Origin: an uncultured Candidatus Saccharibacteria bacterium
GTDB taxonomy: Bacteria; Patescibacteriota; Doudnabacteria; UBA920
Reading direction: 5' to 3'
Assembly (NCBI GenBank): GCA_964600695.1
Contig: CAZRKK010000001.1
Span: forward strand, 63,043-127,042
DNA: 64,000 nucleotides
The first letter of the stretch is position 1. Each line of letters opens with the position of its first letter. A program made the position numbers and the translations under genes. Below the pieces are notes generated by a model. It saw only the letters and a list, made by a program, of their open reading frames with translations. It ran no database searches and had not been told where the DNA came from. This document shows positions 52,801 to 61,810 of the stretch, piece after piece.

Positions 52801-55702
52801 AGCCAAATGGAACATTTTCGATTGTCACACATCCATCCTGACCTGTGGTGCCAGAATAAACAGGATAAATATCCACAGTCATGGTTCCATTGTTATCACC
52901 AAACCAATCAGGATACTGAGTATTAGTTAATGTATCACCGTCAAAGACGCGGAAATTGACAGTCGAGCCAGTTCCAGAAGTTACTAAACTATATGCATGA
53001 GAAGTAGCATATGGACCCCAAGAAACAAATTGACCATCAACTTGCATTTCTAGTAATCCATTCGGGTAACCACCTTGTGGTCCATCAAGAACCGTAGTCC
53101 AACCATCTGGTGTAGTAAAGCGTGGATCTACAGTTTCAAAACCCCGATTTTGCCATGTACCACTAGCGACAATTAAATAATTCTGACCACTAGTTAAGGT
53201 GTTTGTAGAATTAAAACCTGTAGATGAATTTGAATTTACAGAAACTGTTTCTAGTTTAGGACCCTTTAACATGACTTGCCAGTTAGATAGTGGATTTTGA
53301 TTACTATCCAATTTACAAATTTTTACAGTAGAAACACAGCCTGTGTTACATCGATTGACCAAAGTGAAGGTTTCTTTTGGTTGATCAACAACAGCGGAAG
53401 TGTTTTTCCCTGAGTCGTTGCTCCAACCATCTTTCATAAGTTCATCCAATTTGTATGTGCCGTAATCGATATTTTCGAAAGTCACACAACCGTCTTCACC
53501 AGTAGTACCTTTAATGACAGGATAAATATCCACGGTTAAAGTACCGCTATTATCAGAATAGTTGTTGTCTAAAATTCGGAAACCAATTGAACCTGGTACT
53601 GCTAATGTTTTGAATGCAGCATAATTATGAGAAGCGTTAAAGCTCATTGCCCAATTAAAATTGGCATCATCTACTTGAATACCCAAGTATCCTTCATAGC
53701 CAACTAAATCTAGGTTACGAACCCAAGGCAAATCTGCACCAGAGTAAAAACTTGGGTGAATACCAGCATCACTAGCAATTCTCTTAGAGAAAGCTGCGTC
53801 ACTAATATCGCCTTCACTGCCTGGTCGATAAACATAGGTTCCACTTGCTTCTAATACATAATCACCTGCTGGCAAACTATCAGAAAGAGTGCTTAAACCA
53901 GTAGTAGAGTCAACAGTCACGGAGTCTACCATGTCGCCTTTTAAGAATACACTCCATCCCGATAAAGGATTTTGATGATTGTCTAATTTACAAATTGTAA
54001 CATCAGATTCACAATCTTCTTTTACACTTACGTCATCGACAAAACCACCGAGTGTGTTTCCTTCACCAAGATCGGTAATACTTAAACGAGTTACTCCACT
54101 TGTCGCAGTGAATGAATAAGTATGTTGAGTCCAAACTGTGTTGCTGTTTGATGTGCCGTTTTCTGTAATAGTACCTAAAACGGTTGCACCCATTTTTACC
54201 TGAGTGATATTTTCAGACAAGCCCTGTCCTGGACGAGGTGATGTCCAAAGGCTTACTGTATAGTTGCTTCCAACTTTAGTAATTAAATCTTGAAAAAGAC
54301 TAACTGAAGCATCCTCACTACCACCGCCTGATGGGCCTTCCCAATCTGAATCTAACTCTGTGTACTGAGACCCACTCTTTGGATTCCAACCATTTACACC
54401 TCGGTGAAGCTCGGCTTTAGCTATTGCAGGTGCTCCACTTGGATTAACCCAATCAACACTCCATGCTAAACCGGCAGTACCAGAATCTCGAATATCCCAC
54501 GAATTCCCTATTGCAGGAGATTCAAAGCCACCGTTCGCCACCATTTCGGTACCACAAGGCACTGGATTTTTTAACTTATTTACAACTTTATGTGTACAAG
54601 TATTATTTGGTGAACATACAGGAGACACTGTACCGACAGTACTATCGTCTACTTGCCAACCTGCCGGAAGACCTGTTTCTGTAACAGTAATGTCTTCATC
54701 TGTAAAACTATTAATAGTTTCGTCACAAACTAAAGCAGATTGTTGATTATACTTACATACTATTGTATCTTGTCCTGCGTTTACTGTAATTGTAATATCA
54801 TCTTTATTATCAGGAGCATCAATAACCTGTCCATTTGCATCCTGCCATTCTTTAGAGATAGTAACCGTGGTTGGACATCGCAATACTGCTGAATCATCAT
54901 CTTGAGCAACTTTAAGATCTTGCCCAATTAAACATGGATCCGGGGGTGTAACTGGAATATTACAACCTTTGCCTTGTTGATCTTTTGTATTGTATATAGT
55001 TTGCCCGTCAGTCCAGTTATACCCAGCAAACGAACCACCAGAATATGTGAACGGTGGAATAATATCTCCCCAATCTTCTGTAATTCCAGAGAACCATACA
55101 GGACCTGTGTGAGTAGCATGACCATTTGGTCCCTTCATAATACTATTTACACTAACTTCTAACTCTACATAAGGATTTGTGCCATTATTTTCGTGACAGA
55201 TAACTACCTTTTTGGTCTCATCATTTTCACAAAGTCCATTAACAGAAAGGTAATCTTTGTCATGATCCTCATGATCATCTTCATAGTCTTCCTGTTTCAT
55301 TAACTTTCTTTCATACTTACCATTTTTTTCGTGACAAACAATAACCATTTTACTATCACCTGTACCCTGACCAGGACACTTCTTGTTTTCACCATCAATC
55401 ACAAAATCTGAATCATGAGCATCATGAACACCTACCTCACTCTTCTTCATTTGAAGATTATCCCAAGTTGCGCCGTTATAGTGACAAACTGTGACTTTCT
55501 TGTCGTTATCATTATCCCTGGCAACAGCAGTAGTAGGAATACTAAAACTTGAAAGCACTAACGAAAAAACCGCAACTACCGCTAAACCACGAGCTGTAAA
55601 AGCTTTGATTCTACGGATATTTGCAGTTTTAGGAAAACCTCTCAAAATAGCCACATTTGCCCATAATTGAGATATATTTTTGAAAAACTTGTTTTCTGTC
55701 AT
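49814..55702 (-). CDS. giant (1962 aa) LPxTG-anchored surface protein with internal tandem repeats
   Basis: An N-terminal signal region, then three tandem V-x-V/I-C-H-x-x-NG repeats. Three approximately 200-aa repeats follow (CKLD..QNPLS..., each ending GTTG.DGCVT.EN...KLDE.MKDGW). SdrD/Cna-B-like Asp-rich repeats (DGEREQGENGIQDWTIYL; DDNEPYDKTDKDGNYSF) come next. A Gly-rich tract (GGGGGSTGGGGSTGGG) is present. The C-terminus ends LPRTG + hydrophobic TM + KQNN. Confidence 0.8.
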   Translation of the reverse strand: MTENKFFKNISQLWANVAILRGFPKTANIRRIKAFTARGLAVVAVFSLVLSSFSIPTTAVARDNDNDKKVTVCHYNGATWDNLQMKKSEVGVHDAHDSDFVIDGENKKCPGQGTGDSKMVIVCHEKNGKYERKLMKQEDYEDDHEDHDKDYLSVNGLCENDETKKVVICHENNGTNPYVELEVSVNSIMKGPNGHATHTGPVWFSGITEDWGDIIPPFTYSGGSFAGYNWTDGQTIYNTKDQQGKGCNIPVTPPDPCLIGQDLKVAQDDDSAVLRCPTTVTISKEWQDANGQVIDAPDNKDDITITVNAGQDTIVCKYNQQSALVCDETINSFTDEDITVTETGLPAGWQVDDSTVGTVSPVCSPNNTCTHKVVNKLKNPVPCGTEMVANGGFESPAIGNSWDIRDSGTAGLAWSVDWVNPSGAPAIAKAELHRGVNGWNPKSGSQYTELDSDWEGPSGGGSEDASVSLFQDLITKVGSNYTVSLWTSPRPGQGLSENITQVKMGATVLGTITENGTSNSNTVWTQHTYSFTATSGVTRLSITDLGEGNTLGGFVDDVSVKEDCESDVTICKLDNHQNPLSGWSVFLKGDMVDSVTVDSTTGLSTLSDSLPAGDYVLEASGTYVYRPGSEGDISDAAFSKRIASDAGIHPSFYSGADLPWVRNLDLVGYEGYLGIQVDDANFNWAMSFNASHNYAAFKTLAVPGSIGFRILDNNYSDNSGTLTVDIYPVIKGTTGEDGCVTFENIDYGTYKLDELMKDGWSNDSGKNTSAVVDQPKETFTLVNRCNTGCVSTVKICKLDSNQNPLSNWQVMLKGPKLETVSVNSNSSTGFNSTNTLTSGQNYLIVASGTWQNRGFETVDPRFTTPDGWTTVLDGPQGGYPNGLLEMQVDGQFVSWGPYATSHAYSLVTSGTGSTVNFRVFDGDTLTNTQYPDWFGDNNGTMTVDIYPVYSGTTGQDGCVTIENVPFGSYKLDEIMKDGWTNISGKNETKMVDTQNESFTLVNQCSENGCDRPIPKLHLIKVVCEEYGDVAGNESGSSADETNGNYVYFNNYNNGMFLPSPLVNGLVNPSEIPGKDSNCVRADGWKFNVSNESSFTSDDAQVLGATEDGEFVTPISGEDSALNPAMQSAIVNGQMWVSEQEKYGYEFAAIRCFNDALNGDNLEYISLGNNQPEHIYCIAYNIGSLTPCVEQDPAIASGMFTKFEGLKENTAPSDLSDEANYPLGIDAPAVLAGPTGHPGAWDGPQNDPDITEGSGVWVSNSAAQPTNPPGAGGDGSIDTWRLYSHTFTIPAGATSISPAILHFTADNEVTAFLDGVQVGFSNDYAVVSDSSPLALTPGTHVLKFAVKNWAYQPTNNPTGLIYNLDFNYCGDETGQGEPTYHATGTKWNDLDGDGEREQGENGIQDWTIYLTKKVAEYEVDSTSVTGVDSLPLTNGATYLVKASGTYDANDGILSDAQYSSRNLNPDWTDLVQNYEIYGPDLLDLQIDGNSSYWGPYTSSHIYWKTLTGTGAAVNFAINDIAPGNNTGTLDVEIFEVLSSTTTDSNGNYSFDVTDLTGNLAIVEGMQTGWQQSAPEGSLNVVPANADSINNDFGNHQVCVQRQEEKVRKSLFSIFTQIINDEPELPTCGNGISGTKYKYQSGNEELTPITLGGWVIYLDLNKNGELDDNEPYDKTDKDGNYSFADLPTGTYFVREVGQEGWTQMTPADNGANQVLVTDSIETGQNFYNRDDEDGGGNGGFKISGTVYHDNNSNNGDHDGEVEDELEGWVVYLDQDGSNTLNNEETSTISDSNGNYQFTGLVAGCYSVREVLQSNWAETEPVLTEYNIAIGGAIWPCEAVTLESNKDSSWTDFMFKTANASVDVYPNYSGDASGLDFGNIYRGGGGGSTGGGGSTGGGPAPEVPNPTVGRVLGDSTNIPSTPTTGTVLGATTELPRTGTPAYVVMVMLATLGIILLPKYIAKQNN

Positions 55703-55756
55703 ATATTTTAATTAATTAGTTGTTTAACAGTTAATAATAAAGGAAATAATTATATA

Positions 55757-55785
55757 AATATAACTAAAACATCACTTCCTGTCAA
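55757..55785 (-). promoter_or_regulatory. sigma70-like promoter TTGACA-N17-TATATT for the giant LPxTG gene (minus strand)
   Basis: On the minus strand, TTGACA (plus-strand 55780-55785) is followed by a 17-nt spacer and TATATT (plus-strand 55757-55762), about 50 nt upstream of the ATG at 55702. Confidence 0.45.
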
Positions 55786-55869
55786 TTGAGTATTAACAGA
55801 TAAAGCTATGATTAGATTAATTATAAACCTCGCACAAATAAAAGGCAAATCGGGAAAAAGCAAACAAAA

Positions 55870-55896
55870 AAGGCCTAGACTAAATGTCTAGACCTT
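55870..55896 (-). terminator. hairpin GGCCTAGAC-TAAAT-GTCTAGACC with T-run on the minus strand, downstream of ORF 55916-57019
   Basis: 9-bp stem with one mismatch. The plus-strand AAAAAA upstream gives a U-tract on the minus strand. Confidence 0.5.
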
Positions 55897-55915
55897 GTAA
55901 AACTACAAAAACAAC

Positions 55916-57019
55916 TTACTGCTTCTTAGGGTTGATTTTAAGAATCAAACCCAGCACCATCAGGTCCGATGGTGAAGTTTTTACTTTACTGGAGTGCTCA
56001 AGCCTAGCTAGTTTTTTCTCCAGAGAAAGTTCAATGTTAATCAAAACACTTTTAACCATATTGTTTTCTCTGGTCAAAGCCATAGGTTTACGATCTACAA
56101 CCAAAAATTGATTGTCGATTATATATGGACTTAATTCACCAGCGACCTTACTCAATGATAAGAAAATATTTCTATTTGTATTAACACCAGCTTTCGCTAT
56201 CCCAGCACCAGACAATGTCCCGATTATTCGGCAACCCTTGGTTTCGTAAACTCGTTTAGCAATCCTGCCCTTCTGAACATTGAGCCTTTCGAAACCGATA
56301 ATTACATAATGACTGGGATTAACATACCGATCTATAAAATCAACCAACTTTCCCCATTGATACAGATCGAGAATACTTCCTAACTCTCGGAATATACCCG
56401 TAGGTGCATTACGAACCAAATCACCAGCTAAATAACTAAGCTCATTTGGTCTTAGCCGGCCGGGTTTTTTGGACGATCCAGATAATCTGATACTAAGGAG
56501 GTCCAAAGATTTAACTCCGTACAAGTTTGAAGCAAAAACATCATTATTGGTTGATCGATTATATATCTCGACACCAGCAGAAGCTATGTACTTCATCAAA
56601 TTGGTATTGATCTCAGCCAGCTTCTCCACTCCATGACCGCGAAACTCGGAAGATTTTTGTAGGCGTTCAACCTCAGCACGTAAGCCTTGATTGATACCTT
56701 TTAACTTCTGCACCTCTTCCGAATCGGCCCTCTTTTGAATATTGCGTTCCTGACGGAACTCATTTAGAGCTTCTTTGAATTGCTCCACGTCCTTAATAGC
56801 CGTGTGCGCAGCATTAAAGTGTTGAGAAATATCTTTCCTTTCGGTTCGATCTTCGTGCTTTATTGCGGCCAAAGTCTGAGCCGTTCTTAATGCCAACTTA
56901 TGATATTCATCCTCGGTTAGCTTAAGTTTTAAGATGGAGTAATCCCACCCAATTACCTCTAAAGGATTTTTGGATACAATTACTCCGTCCGAATTTTGCA
57001 ACGCTGTTACAGTGGTCAT
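55916..57019 (-). CDS. hypothetical protein (N-terminal coiled-coil + C-terminal globular domain), second gene of orphan two-gene operon
   Basis: 367-aa ORF with no recognisable catalytic motif. Its start overlaps the upstream ORF's stop by 4 nt. Confidence 0.5.
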   Translation of the reverse strand: MTTVTALQNSDGVIVSKNPLEVIGWDYSILKLKLTEDEYHKLALRTAQTLAAIKHEDRTERKDISQHFNAAHTAIKDVEQFKEALNEFRQERNIQKRADSEEVQKLKGINQGLRAEVERLQKSSEFRGHGVEKLAEINTNLMKYIASAGVEIYNRSTNNDVFASNLYGVKSLDLLSIRLSGSSKKPGRLRPNELSYLAGDLVRNAPTGIFRELGSILDLYQWGKLVDFIDRYVNPSHYVIIGFERLNVQKGRIAKRVYETKGCRIIGTLSGAGIAKAGVNTNRNIFLSLSKVAGELSPYIIDNQFLVVDRKPMALTRENNMVKSVLINIELSLEKKLARLEHSSKVKTSPSDLMVLGLILKINPKKQ

Positions 57020-57681
57020 AAATTATACCTCTCGCGCAGATCTTCCCAAGTGATGTTTTGATACATCTCCTTGCGCTCTGTAAAGTCCATTTCCCGGATG
57101 CGTTCGACATAATCCGTCCCTAGATAGGAAATCGAAACTCCTCTATCCATGTCTGCCCAAGCACAACGCACTAAGGCTAACACTGCTTGACGCAGGACAT
57201 TTCTATCAATCGCAGCATCGGGCATGAAGAACAATTCTCGAATATCTTCCAAGTACCCGTAAAGATCCGAGATCAAAGATTCAGCTGAATCGCCAAACAC
57301 AATAACCAAAGCCACGGCTGTGGGTTTATTTATCTCCAAGCCGTCAAACTCTCGTGCCGTCGGGCCGTTGAGTTCCAAAGCGATAACCAATTCGTTCCGA
57401 ATCTTATCGGCTTTGTTGGCGACCAAATTTTCGCCCACACTTACCCATTCATCGTCGCCGTCTCGTAACCGGTTTGGACACGAAATGACTTCCAACATCT
57501 TGGCACAATCCTGAACGTTAAGCTTGTAGTCAACCGCCAAGCCAAAATAGATATTTTGAGCGATTGCATCAGGCAAATACTTCTCCAGGTTTTTTTCGAT
57601 CGTTGCAGGCTTAATACCTAAACCATAACCAATTTTGATGATGGCCAAATGCCGCTCATCACTAACAATTAATTTTTTCAT
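57016..57681 (-). CDS. hypothetical acidic cytoplasmic protein, first gene of orphan two-gene operon
   Basis: The ATG lies at 57681, preceded by a GAGGGAAAT RBS. The protein is 222 aa with no recognisable motif. The ORF-track start at 57750 is likely too early. Confidence 0.5.
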   Translation of the reverse strand: MKKLIVSDERHLAIIKIGYGLGIKPATIEKNLEKYLPDAIAQNIYFGLAVDYKLNVQDCAKMLEVISCPNRLRDGDDEWVSVGENLVANKADKIRNELVIALELNGPTAREFDGLEINKPTAVALVIVFGDSAESLISDLYGYLEDIRELFFMPDAAIDRNVLRQAVLALVRCAWADMDRGVSISYLGTDYVERIREMDFTERKEMYQNITWEDLRERYNL

Positions 57682-57771
57682 ATTTCCCTCTTCTTCAGTT
57701 GTAATAGAACAAAGCAAAGAATAACACGTTTTCTGTTTTCTGTCAACCAAATATCCATATAAACATTGGTC

Positions 57772-57812
57772 AAAAAAAACAGTGGAACCAAATCTTGGTA
57801 TCCACTGTTTTT
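57772..57812 (-). terminator. strong rho-independent terminator after rpsI (AACAGTGGA...TCCACTGTT + T8 on the minus strand)
   Basis: Perfect 9-bp stem. The plus-strand AAAAAAAA before it becomes a U8 tract on the minus strand. Confidence 0.75.
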
Positions 57813-57852
57813 AAAATATATATTAACGTTTTGCTCTTCCAAACGTGCAAAA

Positions 57853-58422
57853 TTAACGTTTTGCCCATTGAGGAGCGCGACGAGCGCCACGCAAACCTGG
57901 CTTTTTACGTTCCTTTTTACGGTCATCACGAGTGAGGAATCCATTCTTCTTAAGAACGTTTTGTAAATCAGCATTTAGTGTAGCTAAAGCTTGAGCAACA
58001 CCATGACGGACTGCTTCTACCTGAGACATGCGTCCACCACCAGCAACGTGAGAAGTAAAATAGTATTCACCAAGTAATCCACTCACAGCTAACGGACGTA
58101 AAGCTGTATCTTGTTGAGGTTTTTCGGAAAAATAAACTTCCAAAGCTTTCTTGTTAACAATGTTTTCGCCACTACCAGCAAACATCCGAACATTGGCGAT
58201 TGCAGTCTTACGACGACCTGTAGCAAAAATATAACGGCCAGTAGCTAACTTTTTGTGGTCAGCAGTCTTAGCAGCTTTTGCAATTGGATTAGCAACAGCT
58301 TCTGTTTCTGTAACTTCTTTAGCAACCACAGCTTTTTTAGCTACTGGGGCTTTCTTAACAACAGCCTTCTTGACTGCTGGCTTGTCTGCTACTTTTTTAG
58401 TTGTAGGTTTCTTAGTTTCCAT
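57853..58422 (-). CDS. rpsI: 30S ribosomal protein S9 with Lys/Ala-rich N-terminal extension
   Basis: The C-terminal part ...GGGRMSQVEAVRHGVAQAL...RDDRKKERKKPGLRGARRAPQWAKR is the S9 signature. The N-terminal approximately 60 aa are AKK/KKA repeats. The start METKK sits at a TAAtATG junction with the rplM stop. Confidence 0.88.
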   Translation of the reverse strand: METKKPTTKKVADKPAVKKAVVKKAPVAKKAVVAKEVTETEAVANPIAKAAKTADHKKLATGRYIFATGRRKTAIANVRMFAGSGENIVNKKALEVYFSEKPQQDTALRPLAVSGLLGEYYFTSHVAGGGRMSQVEAVRHGVAQALATLNADLQNVLKKNGFLTRDDRKKERKKPGLRGARRAPQWAKR

Positions 58423-58423
58423 A

Positions 58424-58855
58424 TTATTTAATCTCTTTATCAATCTTATAAGTGTGCTTATCGCCCTTAATTAACTTTAAGCGAGAAACTAACTTTTTAC
58501 GAAACTTAATGTCATCAATCATAGAAAATACTGCGCGTTGTAAAACCTTCTCTGGGTTACGAATATTTTCGTCACGAAGAGTTTTGGTTTTTAAACCACC
58601 TAAGTAACCAGAGTGATGGTAGTACTTCTTTTGTTCAACTTTGCGACCAGTGAATTTAAGCTTATCAACATTAATAGCTACAACAAAGTCACCCATATCC
58701 ATATGAGGAGTGAAGTTACGCTTGTGCTTACCACGGAGCAAGTTAGCAATTTGAGTTGCTACACGACCCATTGGCAAACCACTAGCATCAATTTGATGCC
58801 AAGTGCGAGTTACTTCGCTAACTTTTGGGAGTGAAATTTTTTGATTCTTTAACAT
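58424..58855 (-). CDS. rplM: 50S ribosomal protein L13
   Basis: ...TWHQIDASGLPMGRVATQIANLLRGKHKRNFTPHMDMGDFVVAINVDKLKFTG... is the L13 signature. Confidence 0.9.
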   Translation of the reverse strand: MLKNQKISLPKVSEVTRTWHQIDASGLPMGRVATQIANLLRGKHKRNFTPHMDMGDFVVAINVDKLKFTGRKVEQKKYYHHSGYLGGLKTKTLRDENIRNPEKVLQRAVFSMIDDIKFRKKLVSRLKLIKGDKHTYKIDKEIK

Positions 58856-58882
58856 ATATTCTTCTATCTGATTATTGGCAAT

Positions 58883-59227
58883 TTATTCAACAAATTCTAT
58901 CACTGCTTTAGACAGACCAGCTTTAGGGTTGTTCAGCTTGGTTAATCGCAAGTATCCGCCATTACGTTCTGCGTAGCGTGGGCCATAGACTTCTAGAGCC
59001 TTAGCTGTAGCATTCTTAGAAATCTTGGATAGCAACATACGACGATTGTGCAAACTTGGATCCTTAGCTCGGGTAATCAATTTTTCTAAATATGGCTTAA
59101 CGGCACGAGCATATGAGTAGCTTGTTTCGATTCTTTCATACAGAATAGCTGAAGAAGCCAACGCTCGTAACAGTTTACGACGGTGGTCCATACCTTTTCC
59201 AAATTTTTTCTTTTTCTGGTGTCTCAT
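58883..59227 (-). CDS. rplQ: 50S ribosomal protein L17
   Basis: MRHQKKKKFGKGMDHRRKLLRALASSAILYERIETSYSYARAVKPYLEKLITRAK. It lies downstream of rpoA. Confidence 0.9.
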   Translation of the reverse strand: MRHQKKKKFGKGMDHRRKLLRALASSAILYERIETSYSYARAVKPYLEKLITRAKDPSLHNRRMLLSKISKNATAKALEVYGPRYAERNGGYLRLTKLNNPKAGLSKAVIEFVE

Positions 59228-59252
59228 ATAATTATAATTAAATTCTTAAGCC

Positions 59253-60221
59253 TTAGGCCTGATTTCTTCCTAGCATTTCTAGAATTTCGGTAATTGTCTT
59301 TTCACCTAATCCGGAAATATTATTAATATCATCATTTGTCATAGCAGTCAACGATTCGATAGTAGTGATGCCAGACTTCTGTAAAGCATTCTTCGCGCGG
59401 TTAGAAAGAGTTGTGTCATCAATCGGAGTTCCAGTAGCAACAGCTTCGGTAGGTTCTGTAGCAACTTCTGCAGGAGCTTCTAGCTCGGCTGCTTCTTCCA
59501 AAGCTGCTTGATTCATCATTTCTAAACGATCAGCTCCTTCATTGTTGAATAACATTGAGAAGTGATCCACTAAGATATGAGAAGCAATGTCGATAGCTTC
59601 ACCACCGGTGATTGTGCCATCAGTTTCCATGCGAACTACCAATTTATCAAAGTTAGTCATTCCACCTACACGAACGTTAGATACATCAAAGTAAACTGAA
59701 CGAACTGGTGTGTAGATTGCATCGATAGCTAGCATACCAGCTTCGAGGTTAGAATTCTGACGAACTTCTACTGGTTCGTAACCACGACCTTGTTCAACAA
59801 TTAATTCCATTTCTAAATCGGAATTTTTGTTGTCCAAAGTACAAATATATAGATCTTTGTTCATTACTTCGACCTGATCAGTTTCTTCGATCATGTCGGC
59901 AGTAACTACACCTTCACCTTTAGATACAAGCTTCAAACGAACCGGCTCAGTAGAAAAACTACGCAAGCGAAGTTGTTTTAGATTCAAAATGATTTGAATC
60001 ACATCTTCTTTAACATTTGGTACAGATGCAAATTCGTGATCCACGAATTTAATCTTTACCGCAGTTACTGCTGCACCTGGCATAGAAGATAGTAATACAC
60101 GGCGTAGTGTATTACCAATAGTAACACCATAGCCAGGATAAAGTGGCTCGAGTGTGACTTCGTAAGAGTTGCCCTCTAAGTGGGTAATCTTAGCCTGATT
60201 AGGTAATGGGATTGGTTGCAT
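59253..60221 (-). CDS. rpoA: DNA-directed RNA polymerase subunit alpha
   Basis: GYGVTIGNTLRRVLLSSMPGAAVTAVKI... is the N-terminal domain and ...NALQKSGITTIESL... is the C-terminal domain HhH. Confidence 0.92.
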   Translation of the reverse strand: MQPIPLPNQAKITHLEGNSYEVTLEPLYPGYGVTIGNTLRRVLLSSMPGAAVTAVKIKFVDHEFASVPNVKEDVIQIILNLKQLRLRSFSTEPVRLKLVSKGEGVVTADMIEETDQVEVMNKDLYICTLDNKNSDLEMELIVEQGRGYEPVEVRQNSNLEAGMLAIDAIYTPVRSVYFDVSNVRVGGMTNFDKLVVRMETDGTITGGEAIDIASHILVDHFSMLFNNEGADRLEMMNQAALEEAAELEAPAEVATEPTEAVATGTPIDDTTLSNRAKNALQKSGITTIESLTAMTNDDINNISGLGEKTITEILEMLGRNQA

Positions 60222-60287
60222 AATGCCCCTTTTTACTGTTCGCTTTGTCCAAAAATCATGTGTCTGCGAAGAGTAGATTAATTAATA

Positions 60288-60896
60288 TTAAATTCTAGAA
60301 TAATGTTCAACGATCAACTGGGTATCAATTAAGTTACCGATTTGATCTGGTGTTGGTGTGGATAATACTTTACCCGAGAAATCTGCTGCTTTTAGCTCTA
60401 CCCAGTCTTGAGTTTTGAAATTCTTCAAAACTTCTTTATGAGTTTGCATGTACTTAGAAGCTTTCTTGTTTTCGCGAACCGCGATTACATCTCCAGGTTT
60501 AGTAGCGTAAGAAGGAATATCAACTTTTTTGCCATTAACTTGGAAGAATCCATGGTTAACTAATTGACGAGCTTGGGCTCTAGTCACTGCAAATCCTAAA
60601 CGGAATGCAATATTATCGAGACGAAGTTCCAATTGAGCTAATAAGGAATCACCGGTTACACCAGCGCTGTTATATGCTTTATCGAAGTAACGTAAGAACT
60701 GACGTTCTGTAATACCATAATTGATTTTAGCTTTTTGCTTTTCACGCAACTGAGTTCCGTATTCCGAAATTCGAACGCGATTCTGACCGTGTTGTCCAGG
60801 TGGAAAACCACGCTTTTGCAAAATCTTGGCATCTTTGTCTGTGAAGGCAAAGCCTAAACGACGAGCTCTTTTAACTTTTGGTCCTGTGTATCTCAT
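60288..60896 (-). CDS. rpsD: 30S ribosomal protein S4
   Basis: MRYTGPKVKRARRLG...REKQKAKINYGITERQFLRYF... and an S4 domain. Confidence 0.92.
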   Translation of the reverse strand: MRYTGPKVKRARRLGFAFTDKDAKILQKRGFPPGQHGQNRVRISEYGTQLREKQKAKINYGITERQFLRYFDKAYNSAGVTGDSLLAQLELRLDNIAFRLGFAVTRAQARQLVNHGFFQVNGKKVDIPSYATKPGDVIAVRENKKASKYMQTHKEVLKNFKTQDWVELKAADFSGKVLSTPTPDQIGNLIDTQLIVEHYSRI

Positions 60897-60899
60897 ATA

Positions 60900-61397
60900 T
60901 TAAACCCTTCTTACTTTCTTAGGGCGAACTCCGCCATGAGGTGTTGGGGTGCGATCTTTAATAGTTAAAACGGTTAAGCCAGCACCTAATAGTGCGCGAA
61001 TAGCTTGTTCACGGCCGGAGCCAATTCCTTTGATGAAAATATCAACTTCTTGTAAACCACGATCTTTAACTCGGGACAAAACGTCTTCCATAGTCTTACC
61101 ACCAGCATAAGGAGTTGATTTCTTTGAACCCTTAAAACCAGCTTTACCAGCACTACCCCAAGCAATTACGTTACCAGTTAAATCTGTTACAGAAACGATA
61201 GTGTTGTTGTAAGTGGAATTAATAAAGATCTTACCTTTAGTGACTTTGATCTTGTTCTTCTTTTTCTTGCCGCCTTTGATCTTTGATGCAATGTCGGCAG
61301 TAGCAGTCTCACCCTTAGCCGCAGCTAATTCGGCACTAACCTGTTCGGCAGCACTTGCAGTAGAAACTTCTTCAGTTGTAGTTGTGTCGTTTTCCAT
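60900..61397 (-). CDS. rpsK: 30S ribosomal protein S11 with N-terminal approximately 35-aa acidic/Ala-rich extension
   Basis: ...GKIFINSTYNNTIVSVTDLTGNVIAWGSAGKAGFKGSKKSTPYA...KGIGSGREQAIRAL.... Confidence 0.9.
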   Translation of the reverse strand: MENDTTTTEEVSTASAAEQVSAELAAAKGETATADIASKIKGGKKKKNKIKVTKGKIFINSTYNNTIVSVTDLTGNVIAWGSAGKAGFKGSKKSTPYAGGKTMEDVLSRVKDRGLQEVDIFIKGIGSGREQAIRALLGAGLTVLTIKDRTPTPHGGVRPKKVRRV

Positions 61398-61400
61398 AGT

Positions 61401-61790
61401 TTAGGTCTTATCTGATGACTTCTTACGTCCGCTACCAGCTGTACGACGAACGTTACCGTGTCGAGTTCGGGAGTTTGTTTTGGTTCGTTGTCCACGAACT
61501 GGCAAACTCTTTTTGTGACGACTTCCTCGGTATGAACCAATTTCTTTAAGTCGCTTGATATTTAGCAATACTTGCTGTTTAAGGTTACCTTCGGTTTTAA
61601 AGTTTTTATCAATAAAATCGCGTAGCTTGGTTAAATCTTCTTCGGTTAAATCTTTAGTACGGATGTCTGGGCTAACTTTAGTCTCTGCTAATGCTTTTTT
61701 AGCTAAAGTTGCACCAACTCCGTAGATATACTGAAGAGAGGCTTCTATTCTTTTTTCTGTAGGAATGTTTACTCCGGCAATACGTGCCAT
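61401..61790 (-). CDS. rpsM: 30S ribosomal protein S13
   Basis: [26 protein letters not shown].... Confidence 0.92.
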   Translation of the reverse strand: MARIAGVNIPTEKRIEASLQYIYGVGATLAKKALAETKVSPDIRTKDLTEEDLTKLRDFIDKNFKTEGNLKQQVLLNIKRLKEIGSYRGSRHKKSLPVRGQRTKTNSRTRHGNVRRTAGSGRKKSSDKT

Positions 61791-61810
61791 ACTTTATAAT
61801 TTAATAACAA

